From a bacterium (GTDB lineage: Bacteria; Patescibacteriota; JACMRA01), in the NCBI GenBank assembly GCA_043778575.1, contig JAYWFX010000021.1, positions 1-35,980 of the forward strand: a DNA stretch of 35,980 bases, read 5' to 3'. Under the pieces are notes generated by a model that saw nothing but the letters and a program-made list of their open reading frames with translations, was not told where the DNA came from and ran no database searches. Both the position numbers and the translations under genes were made by a program. This document shows, in pieces, positions 28,236-35,980 of this stretch; position 1 is the stretch's first letter, and each line of letters begins with the position of its first letter.

Positions 28236-28380
28236 TCTAATTAAGAACATACTAGACTACACCCCGTTATCTTGTCTCCAGATCGGCTTTGATATCTACA
28301 GCTATACCCCCCCAATCAAATCCAGAACCATCAACACCCCCCTGAATCTCCCCAACACCTCCGTGAATTTTTCACCCTAG

Positions 28381-28461
28381 ATCATCCTCAACTTCATCAT
28401 ATGTCATCCTGAATTCCACCCTGCGTCATCCTGAACTCGTTTCAGGATCTAATTCCACCCT
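28381..28461. repeat. Small palindromic repeat cluster (GTCATCCTGAA family) with 11-bp direct repeats
   Basis: GTCATCCTGAA at 28403 and 28425, degenerate ATCATCCTCAACT at 28381; hairpin ATCCTGAA-CTCGT-TTCAGGAT 28428-28448; AATTCCACCCT at 28412 and 28451. Confidence 0.7.
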
Positions 28462-28494
28462 TCAATTTGTTTTCAAAAAAAATCCTTATATATT

Positions 28495-28523
28495 TTGCCT
28501 AAAATAAAAAGGTGTGATATGTT
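28495..28523 (+). promoter_or_regulatory. Sigma70-type promoter of the defence operon
   Basis: TTGCCT (28495) - 17 nt - TATGTT (28518) with extended -10 TG. Confidence 0.5.
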
Positions 28524-28596
28524 CATAAAAATCTCTGTAAAAAAATAAAATAAAGTACAGAAGTTGAGGAGTAAAAATCTAAAAAAAAGACAAAAA

Positions 28597-29214
28597 ATGT
28601 CTGAAGAAAAACAAATAAAATCCAAAGAGCGAGTACGCAATATCGCAGAGGTATATACTGCTAGAAAGCAAGTTGATGATATTTTGGATCTTGTGAAAAA
28701 TCATTCTGAAAATGTAGAGAGTACTTTTTTGGAACCAGCTTGTGGAAATGGTAATTTTTTAGTGGCTATTTTAGAGCGTAAACTACAGCGAGCCCTAACC
28801 AGTCTTTCTAAATATTCACCTCAAGTGATAGTTGAGTACACAGTTTTGAGGGCTTTGAGCACTATCTACGGCATTGATATAATGACAGATAATGTGGCAG
28901 AGGCTAGAGACAGGCTGCAATTTACGATAGGTGAATTTTTCTCAAACAACTATAACACTCGTATACTTAATGAAAATTTTTGGGTGAGTACAGAGTGGGT
29001 TTTGCACAAAAATATAGTCGTAGGAGACAGTCTAAATGATACCAATAACATAGTTTTTCAGCAGTATAGATCGCCAAAACTACTTCATTTTAAAATAACA
29101 GAATTTCATTTTACCGAGCCGCAACAAACAAAAACAAACCCTGAGCACAAATTACCTAAACTCAAAAAACACCCTATTACTCACTATTTAGGCATCTCTC
29201 AATTATGCTCTTAA
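28597..29214 (+). CDS. Short SAM-binding DNA-methyltransferase-like protein lacking the catalytic NPP(Y/F) motif
   Basis: KSKERV...EVYT, motif I FLEPACGNGNF, IYGIDI, NIVVGDSL; no motif IV; ATG 28597 preferred. Confidence 0.8.
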   Translation: MSEEKQIKSKERVRNIAEVYTARKQVDDILDLVKNHSENVESTFLEPACGNGNFLVAILERKLQRALTSLSKYSPQVIVEYTVLRALSTIYGIDIMTDNVAEARDRLQFTIGEFFSNNYNTRILNENFWVSTEWVLHKNIVVGDSLNDTNNIVFQQYRSPKLLHFKITEFHFTEPQQTKTNPEHKLPKLKKHPITHYLGISQLCS

Positions 29215-30734
29215 ATAAAAGAATACCTGATATACTCGATTGTATTGCAAATTTATCAAATGATGAGGTATTTACACCTCCATCTGTAGCGCGTAAAGTC
29301 CTAGATATATTGCCCCTAGAAATATGGAGTAATCCAGATCTAAAATGGCTTGATCCAGCCTGTAAAACAGGGGTATTTTTGAGAGAAATAGCAACTAGAC
29401 TAATGATCGGTCTAGAGGGTACAATCCCAAATGAATCAATCAGACGAAATCATATCTTTCAAAACATGCTCTATGGGATATCAGTCACAGAATTGACTGG
29501 TATGATAGCTAGACGCTCCCTCTACACCTCAAAAGATGCCAACAGTAGGTTTTCTGTATTTCAAATGCCAACCGACCAAGGCAACATTTTTTACGAGAGG
29601 ACTGATCATGTATACACAGAACGCCACCTCATATCAGATACTCAATCTAGCAGTGAAACTGGTGTCAGATGTATTTACTGCAATATCAACAAAACTAACC
29701 AACTTGAAAGAGGCGGCGAGCTGGAGAATTACGCTTATCCATTTATACATAAAACAAAAATCTTAACAAATATGCAATTCGATGTCATAGTGGGCAATCC
29801 CCCATTTCAACTCAAAGACGACGGTCATGGAGCGAGTGCAATCCCTTTGTACCATTTATTTGTAGAGCAAGCAAAACGACTAAACCCTAAATACATCAGC
29901 TTTATCATACCATCTCGGTGGTTTGCGGGTGGCAAGGGTCTGGATAAATTTCGTTCAAACATGCTCAGTGACACCACCATCACAACTCTCGTAGATTATC
30001 CAAACGCAAGCGATATTTTCCCTGGAGTAGAAATCAAAGGTGGGGTTTGCTATTTTTTGTCTGATAAAACTCATGATGGTGATTGCCTAGTCAAATCCAT
30101 GAATGGAGATGAGGTAGTCTCTGAGATGATGAGACCACTTTCAGGTCATGATGTCTTTATCAGGCACAATCAGGCTATATCCATACTAGAAAAAGTACAA
30201 AAATATGGTGAAACGACTATGGATGCAAAAGTCTCAAGCCAAAAACCATTTGGATTTAGAACAAATTTCAAAGATTTCAAGGAAACCATGTTTGATGGAG
30301 CAGTCAAAATCTACGCTCGTGGACGCCAAGGATATATCCAAAAAGATCAAATTGCAGTACACCCAGAGTGGATAGATAAATATAAAGTATTTACACCTAG
30401 AGCAGCCGAAGGTGATGGGACATTTCCTAATAACATTATTGGTAAGATACTTATAGGAAAACCTAAAACCTGCTGTACTGAGACATATTTGGTTGTAAAC
30501 ATTTTTGATAACCAAACAGAAGCTGAAAATCTAAGTGCATTTCTCAAGACAAAATTTACCCGATTTTTGATTTCCCTCAAGAAAAATACTCAAGATTTGA
30601 ATAAAGATAGATTTTCGTTTGTCCCAGATTTAGACATGAAGATAGGATGGACAGACAATATGCTCTACAGCAAATACAAGCTCACAAATGAGGAGATAAG
30701 CTTTATAGACAGCATAGTCAAAGAAATGAAATGA
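29205..30734 (+). CDS. N6-adenine (amino) DNA methyltransferase, Eco57I-type, with C-terminal target-recognition region
   Basis: DEVFTP, motif I WLDPACKTGVF, motif IV FDVIVGNPPF, IIPSRW..GG.GL..FR, FPGVEIKGGVCYF. Confidence 0.9.
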   Translation: MLLNKRIPDILDCIANLSNDEVFTPPSVARKVLDILPLEIWSNPDLKWLDPACKTGVFLREIATRLMIGLEGTIPNESIRRNHIFQNMLYGISVTELTGMIARRSLYTSKDANSRFSVFQMPTDQGNIFYERTDHVYTERHLISDTQSSSETGVRCIYCNINKTNQLERGGELENYAYPFIHKTKILTNMQFDVIVGNPPFQLKDDGHGASAIPLYHLFVEQAKRLNPKYISFIIPSRWFAGGKGLDKFRSNMLSDTTITTLVDYPNASDIFPGVEIKGGVCYFLSDKTHDGDCLVKSMNGDEVVSEMMRPLSGHDVFIRHNQAISILEKVQKYGETTMDAKVSSQKPFGFRTNFKDFKETMFDGAVKIYARGRQGYIQKDQIAVHPEWIDKYKVFTPRAAEGDGTFPNNIIGKILIGKPKTCCTETYLVVNIFDNQTEAENLSAFLKTKFTRFLISLKKNTQDLNKDRFSFVPDLDMKIGWTDNMLYSKYKLTNEEISFIDSIVKEMK

Positions 30735-30741
30735 AAATAGT

Positions 30742-32616
30742 ATGTATTTATCAAAAATAAAAATAATAAATTTTAGGGGAATAAATTTACAGGAATTAGC
30801 TTTTACCAGATTTAGCACTTTGGTTGGTAAAAATGATTGCGGTAAATCGACAATTATAAATGCTATAAAATTATTTTTTAATGATGAAAAAGCTAACCGA
30901 AAAGACTTTAACTTTTATACTAAGGATACAAAAGATATAGAAATTGAAATTGAAGTGAGCGATTATGATCCTGAACTATTAAAAACATATATTGTCGGAG
31001 GTGAGAAAACAGATGGGTTTGAAGTGGTGGTCAAAGATTTCGTTCATAACAGTATTCTACGATTAAAAAAAACTTGGAAATATTCTGATGCGATTGAGTG
31101 TGCATCAACCACGTATATATTTTGTAACGATTTTGTAGAAACACCAATTCATAAAATCTCTACTCAAAAAGAAATAACCAAGATAGTAACAGAATTGGAA
31201 ATTGAAATTCCTGTTTCAGGTGTTGGAGAAAATAGTATACTCGAGAAAAAAGCAGCAATCTCAAATAAACTCGTTCAAGATAATAAGCCAAAGGTTTTCA
31301 ACTTCCTTGAGATAAAGGCAAATAGCCTGAAAGGTTTACGTGACTGTCTTCCGAGAATCGAGCTACTAAAAGCTGATCAAACAATTGAGACTACTACAAC
31401 TGAATTCAAGTCGACTTTTACCACAGAAATCAAAGAAATTATTAAGAACGAAAAGTCTAGAGGTGGTGAGAGTTCCCTTAAAATAATTGAAGAGACCATT
31501 CAAAATAAAATAAGAGAAGAGGCTTTAGAGATCAAAAATTGTATGTCTCATCATATTTCTGACCTTAGTGATCTTTTAATTACACCTAGTTTTGATTGGT
31601 ACAAAGGTGTTGAGATAACCAATGTGGAATTGAAATTAGAAGGAGATGATGAGTATATTCCACTTGAAAATAAAGGATCAGGCTATAGAAGATTATTTAT
31701 GGTAGGCAGGCTGAGGTATTTAGCCAACAAAAAACAGTCAGAAAATGTAATTTATTTAATTGAAGAGCCAGAAACATTTTTACATCCATCTGCTCAAGAA
31801 GAAATGTTAGAGTCGCTCATCTCCTTATCTGATCACAATCAAATTTTCGTGACCACACACTCTCCAGTATTTGCAGGAGCAACAAAAAATGATAGCTTAA
31901 CTTTGTGTAAAAAGGTCAATTCTAATCTGATATATGAGCAGAGAGATGATAATGAGTTTTTATTAGATATAGCCAAACAACTAGGTGTAAAACCAATGCA
32001 TAATATATCTGATACCTATAAGGCTATAATTTTTGTTGAGGGTAGTAATGACAGAGAATTCATTAGAATTTCCTCACAAAAACTTGGATCAAGTGTTCAC
32101 GCTTTAGAAGATGAGAAACAAATAGCTATTTTGGATGGTGGCGGTCAATCATTACAAAATTTTGTTGATTTAGACTATTTTACAACCCATGATAAACATT
32201 TATTTTTAATCATTGATTCAGATATTTACGATTCTGAGCAAATTACAGAAACAGACAAGAGAAATTCTTTTGATAAAAAACAAGAAGAGAACATTGCCTT
32301 AAGATCAAATTTTGAAAATAAAAACAAATCAAAAGGATTTATACTAAAAAAAAGAAATATAGATTCATATTACCACCCCAAGGCCTTGAAGAGATTGATA
32401 GCTAGTTTTCCCGAAGTGGGAATCTTTAAAGACAATTTTTGTTATAAAACTTACGTTCAAAAGCTTTTAAAAGACAGAGTTGTAACTGAGAACATCCCGC
32501 AAAAAAACTATATTGCAGCGTTTAACGAAATGACCTCACAAGAATGGGTTGAGGTTTCAAATAACGAATTGGAAACTATGTTTGGAGAAATTATCTCTCG
32601 CATACAACAAAAATAA
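30742..32616 (+). CDS. OLD-family ATP-dependent nuclease (ABC ATPase + TOPRIM)
   Basis: I.NFRG, Walker A GKNDCGKS, signature KGSG, Walker B IYLIEEPETFLHP, H-loop TTHSP, TOPRIM FVEGSND, DGGG, DxD (IIDSD). Confidence 0.9.
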   Translation: MYLSKIKIINFRGINLQELAFTRFSTLVGKNDCGKSTIINAIKLFFNDEKANRKDFNFYTKDTKDIEIEIEVSDYDPELLKTYIVGGEKTDGFEVVVKDFVHNSILRLKKTWKYSDAIECASTTYIFCNDFVETPIHKISTQKEITKIVTELEIEIPVSGVGENSILEKKAAISNKLVQDNKPKVFNFLEIKANSLKGLRDCLPRIELLKADQTIETTTTEFKSTFTTEIKEIIKNEKSRGGESSLKIIEETIQNKIREEALEIKNCMSHHISDLSDLLITPSFDWYKGVEITNVELKLEGDDEYIPLENKGSGYRRLFMVGRLRYLANKKQSENVIYLIEEPETFLHPSAQEEMLESLISLSDHNQIFVTTHSPVFAGATKNDSLTLCKKVNSNLIYEQRDDNEFLLDIAKQLGVKPMHNISDTYKAIIFVEGSNDREFIRISSQKLGSSVHALEDEKQIAILDGGGQSLQNFVDLDYFTTHDKHLFLIIDSDIYDSEQITETDKRNSFDKKQEENIALRSNFENKNKSKGFILKKRNIDSYYHPKALKRLIASFPEVGIFKDNFCYKTYVQKLLKDRVVTENIPQKNYIAAFNEMTSQEWVEVSNNELETMFGEIISRIQQK

Positions 32617-32618
32617 AT

Positions 32619-35105
32619 ATGCCTATAGTGTTCTCTCAGATACCCAAAATATATGCTTATACTACCAAAGAGCATCAGACAAAAGGCTGGATAAAAATTG
32701 GTCAGACGATTCGAAAATCTGTAGATGTACGTATCAAGGAGCAAACCCAGACCTCGAGTCCAGAAATAGACACTGTGATTATATTATTTCAAACTGAAGC
32801 TATTACCAGTGATGGCAAAATGTTTACAGACCATTTAATTCACAAAATATTAACTGAAAAGGGTATAAAACGATTATCTGGAGAGTGGTTTGAATGCACG
32901 GTTGATGATCTGAGAAATGTGATCTTGGAAATTAAAACTGGGAGGAAACTTGATAGTAGGAAAACGCTTTTTGATTTTGCTTTACGACCAGAACAACAGG
33001 AGGCTGTAGAAATTACCGCAAATTATTTTAGAGAAAACCCTAAGTCAGAAGAGAATAAAGCTCCGCATTTTTTATGGAATGCTAAGATGAGATTTGGAAA
33101 GACATTTACAACCTATAAATTAGCTTTAGAGATGGGTTGGACGAAAATCCTTATTTTGACCTACAAGCCAGTAGTCAGCAGTGCATGGAAAGAAGATTTA
33201 GAAAATCATATTGATTTTGAAGGATGGAAATTCATTGGAAAGACGGATACATTTGATGTTATTGATCAATCAAAACCCTTTGTTTGGTTTGCATCTTTTC
33301 AGGATATTTTAGGACGTGATAAGAGTGGAAATATCAAAGAGAGGCTAGAGGCAGCACATTTGATTGAATGGGATTGTGTAGTTTTAGATGAATACCACTT
33401 TGGGTCATGGAAAGAAAGTGCCAGAGATTTATATGCTGGAGAAACAAATAAAGATTTAGAAAAAGAGTTTGGAGACAGTGAGTTTGATGAGGAAATAATG
33501 CCGTTATCAGTAAATCATTTTTTGTATCTCTCTGGTACTCCGTTTCGAGCAGTCGCGACAGGAGAGTTTTTAGAGGATCAAATTTACAATTGGACGTATG
33601 CAGACGAGCAAAGAGCAAAGAAAAATTGGGATGATACAAATACAGAAAACCCGTACAATATTTTACCTCAAATAATGTTGTTGACATACGAATTGCCTGA
33701 TAAAGTTCGTGAAGTAGCGGTAAAAAGTGACCAAGATGGATTTAGTCTCAATGAGTTTTTCAAGGCCGAAGAGATTGACGGTATAGCCACATTTCATCAT
33801 GAAAATCAAGTTCAACAGTGGTTAAATATTATTCGGGGTCAAGATTTGATTTCTAGCACAGTCGCTGGTCAAGAAAACTACACCCCACCACTGCCATTTA
33901 AAGATCTGAGTTTGTTAGAGCATCTGAATCACACTTTTTGGTTTTTGCCGTCAGTTGCTAGCTGTAAAGCAATGTCTCAACTGATAAACAAAAAAAATAA
34001 TACATTTTATCAAGACTACACTATTATTGTGTGTGCAGGAAACGAAATTGGTACCGGAGAAAAAGCTTTTGAATCAGTTAAAAAATCTATCGGTAGTGGG
34101 TTGAGAACAAAATCAATAACTTTGTCATGCGGTAAATTGACCACAGGAGTAAGCGTTCCACAATGGACTGGTATTTTCTTTTTGAGAGACACATCTACTC
34201 CAGAAACATATTTTCAAGCAAGTTTTAGAGTGCAAACTCCTTGGTATTTAAATCATATCGAGAGTAATTCTAAAGATATTTTAAAGAAAATTTGCTATGT
34301 ATTTGATTTTTCTCCAAACCGTGCTTTGAATTTAATTAGCGAGTATAACACCAGATTGAATTTTAATGATACAACTAAACAAGAAAAAAAAGTACAAGAA
34401 TTTCTCAATTTCCTGCCAGTATTATGCTATGACGGATCTCAGATGGTTGAATTAAACGCTACCCAATTACTGGATATTGCCCTTATTGGTGTAGCAAGTA
34501 GTATGTTAGCAAAACGATGGCAAAGTCCGCAGATGATAAATGTGAGTGATTTTGTTTTAGGAAAATTATTAGAGAATATAGAACTACTAGCATCACTTGA
34601 AAACATAGAAGCATTTAGAAATTTGAGTGACAATATAACCAAAGTAATAACGAGCGAAAAGGACATTAAAAAACTTAAAAAAGAAAATTTATCATTAAAA
34701 GACAGCGAATTACCACAAGAAAAACAAGATGAACAAAAAGAAAATAAGGGAATTAAAAAAGATCTAAAAGAAAAGTTATTGAAATTCATTACTAGAGTCC
34801 CTGTCTTTATGTATCTAACTAACCATAGAGAGGCTACTTTGAAAGAAGTTATTACTGACCTAGAGCCAGATTTATTTACTCGGGTAACTGCATTAAAACT
34901 TAGGGACTTTAGAACATTATGTGAGATTGGCGTATTCAATTCCTCAAATTTAAACTCAGCTATTTTTGCGTTTCGTAGGTATGAAGAAGCAAGTCTAATT
35001 TATATCGGAGGCAAAACACTGCATGACCATGATATTGTTGGCGGATGGGATGTAGAGCTAGAAAGAAATGAGTCAAATCAAGTAATTGACGGAATCGTGG
35101 CTTGA
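32619..35105 (+). CDS. GIY-YIG (T5orf172-like) nuclease fused to SF2 DExH helicase (ResIII-like restriction subunit)
   Basis: N-terminal IYAY...IKIGQT...RIKEQ...GEWF; LRPEQ, AKMRFGKT, LDEYH, LSGTP, LTTGVSVP, QASFRVQT. Confidence 0.88.
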   Translation: MPIVFSQIPKIYAYTTKEHQTKGWIKIGQTIRKSVDVRIKEQTQTSSPEIDTVIILFQTEAITSDGKMFTDHLIHKILTEKGIKRLSGEWFECTVDDLRNVILEIKTGRKLDSRKTLFDFALRPEQQEAVEITANYFRENPKSEENKAPHFLWNAKMRFGKTFTTYKLALEMGWTKILILTYKPVVSSAWKEDLENHIDFEGWKFIGKTDTFDVIDQSKPFVWFASFQDILGRDKSGNIKERLEAAHLIEWDCVVLDEYHFGSWKESARDLYAGETNKDLEKEFGDSEFDEEIMPLSVNHFLYLSGTPFRAVATGEFLEDQIYNWTYADEQRAKKNWDDTNTENPYNILPQIMLLTYELPDKVREVAVKSDQDGFSLNEFFKAEEIDGIATFHHENQVQQWLNIIRGQDLISSTVAGQENYTPPLPFKDLSLLEHLNHTFWFLPSVASCKAMSQLINKKNNTFYQDYTIIVCAGNEIGTGEKAFESVKKSIGSGLRTKSITLSCGKLTTGVSVPQWTGIFFLRDTSTPETYFQASFRVQTPWYLNHIESNSKDILKKICYVFDFSPNRALNLISEYNTRLNFNDTTKQEKKVQEFLNFLPVLCYDGSQMVELNATQLLDIALIGVASSMLAKRWQSPQMINVSDFVLGKLLENIELLASLENIEAFRNLSDNITKVITSEKDIKKLKKENLSLKDSELPQEKQDEQKENKGIKKDLKEKLLKFITRVPVFMYLTNHREATLKEVITDLEPDLFTRVTALKLRDFRTLCEIGVFNSSNLNSAIFAFRRYEEASLIYIGGKTLHDHDIVGGWDVELERNESNQVIDGIVA

Positions 35106-35109
35106 GCCA

Positions 35110-35135
35110 ATAGCATGATAAATATTTGTCACTAT
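35110..35135. terminator. Possible bidirectional hairpin between convergent helicase and vapC
   Basis: ATAG-CA-TGATAA-ATAT-TTGTCA-CTAT imperfect AT-rich stem followed by T-rich sequence. Confidence 0.3.
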
Positions 35136-35169
35136 TATTTTGTAAATACTTTAAAATAAACAAATAAAT

Positions 35170-35574
35170 TCACCAAATCAAACCCTCTAAAATCAGTGTT
35201 GGCACATGTACGAAATCTTTTTTATTATAGGTAACTAGAATTAAATCATGATAGATACAGGTAGACGCAATATACAAATCAGGAGTAATTTTTTCGCCAA
35301 TTTTCCCATTCTTTCTCAAAGACACATATAAATCGCTAGTAATTTGGCTGATTGCTGAGTCAATAGGAATAACAGTATAGAGTCCAAACAAATGAGTTAA
35401 TACATCTAGTTGTTTTTGATTATTTCTCACTTTCACCCCTGATAAAATTTCTGCTTGGTTAATAACTGAGAAGTGGATTTGTGTGTCCAATAGTTCATCA
35501 AAATACCTTGTACAATCATTTCTACCGTTCAGTAAACCAATTAAAATTCCTGTGTCTAACAAATATTTCTTCAT
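35170..35574 (-). CDS. vapC: VapC-family PIN-domain toxin
   Basis: YLLDTGILI, SVINQAEI..G, PDLYIAST, LVTYNKKDF; 134 aa. Confidence 0.92.
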   Translation of the reverse strand: MKKYLLDTGILIGLLNGRNDCTRYFDELLDTQIHFSVINQAEILSGVKVRNNQKQLDVLTHLFGLYTVIPIDSAISQITSDLYVSLRKNGKIGEKITPDLYIASTCIYHDLILVTYNKKDFVHVPTLILEGLIW

Positions 35575-35583
35575 AGTAGCACC

Positions 35584-35826
35584 TTAGGATCTGTTTGTTT
35601 TTACAAATTGACGGAGTTCATTGGCTTCCGCTTCAGTGATTGGGTTTACCTTTATTTGGTCTGTGATCTGACGGATTTTTGTTTGATACTCTAGTCTTTC
35701 TAATGATTGGATGATCATATCTCTAGCTACTGTACTGACTTTTTGCCCTTTTTTACGAGCGGTGTACCTGGCAAGCTTACTTTTTAGGTCTGGAGATATT
35801 TTTATAGTAAAGTTTATTGATTGCAT
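35584..35826 (-). CDS. Ribbon-helix-helix antitoxin (VapB-like)
   Basis: 80 aa; beta strand INFTIKI, helix PDLKSKLARY, turn, helix VSTVARDMI; 9 nt upstream of vapC; ATG 35826 preferred. Confidence 0.78.
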   Translation of the reverse strand: MQSINFTIKISPDLKSKLARYTARKKGQKVSTVARDMIIQSLERLEYQTKIRQITDQIKVNPITEAEANELRQFVKTNRS

Positions 35827-35827
35827 A

Positions 35828-35864
35828 GTAGTACAAAAGTAATACCAAAAAATGTCTTTGTCAA
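35828..35864 (-). promoter_or_regulatory. TA promoter with overlapping palindromic operator
   Basis: Minus strand TTGACA (35864) - 17 nt - TACTTT; inverted repeat GTATTAC-TTTT-GTACTAC (35845-35828) overlaps the -10. Confidence 0.6.
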
Positions 35865-35980
35865 CACACTTACTCTCAGACAATCATCTATTTACTCAAA
35901 ACCGACCACGATTACCCCCTCTTTGCCCTCAGTCAAAAATCCGTTTTTCCAGTACAGTCCTAGTTTGCTGAGGTAGCATT

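Noticed and set aside
28262-28377. G-quadruplex on the minus strand from C-runs
   Set aside because: The runs are mostly separated by loops over 20 nt; no further support
28381-28461. CRISPR array
   Set aside because: Only 2-3 short units, no regular spacers and no cas genes
28597-30734. Single methyltransferase split by a frameshift
   Set aside because: Both ORFs have their own motif X/I region, so they are paralogous rather than two halves
30742-35105. Gabija (GajA-GajB)
   Set aside because: The downstream helicase is SF2 DExH with GIY-YIG, not a UvrD-like SF1 GajB
1-35980. Alternative genetic code (UGA recoding)
   Set aside because: Recognisable genes are full length under code 11, and TGA terminates the MTase, helicase and vapC at sensible positions

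Overview
AT-rich, gene-dense bacterial chromosome segment (genetic code 11). The housekeeping content and style (pgi, murC, infC, comF, stand-alone gatB, xseB, dsbA, coiled-coil M23 peptidase, lgt, cmk, almost no Shine-Dalgarno sites, tRNA-Arg(GCG)) suggest a reduced-genome lineage such as Patescibacteria/CPR, which is inference only. Three accessory blocks stand out. (1) A near-complete shikimate-to-phenylalanine cluster (aroB, D, C, A, K, E, chorismate mutase, ACT-less prephenate dehydratase, IlvE-type aminotransferase; no DAHP synthase in the window), headed by dps. (2) Inserted inside it, a four-gene membrane-bound polysaccharide module: a GH26 protein with both catalytic glutamates replaced, a GT-C-like multipass protein, a PilZ-less processive GT2 synthase and an intact GH81 beta-1,3-glucanase. 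This is a candidate beta-1,3 or mixed-linkage glucan system. (3) A tight defence operon: half-methyltransferase, Eco57I-type N6-MTase, OLD-family ABC-ATPase/TOPRIM nuclease and GIY-YIG/SF2 helicase, followed by a convergent vapBC-like pair. Two tRNA genes are present, and a recurring TTGAC box 33-39 nt upstream of start sites suggests leaderless transcription.
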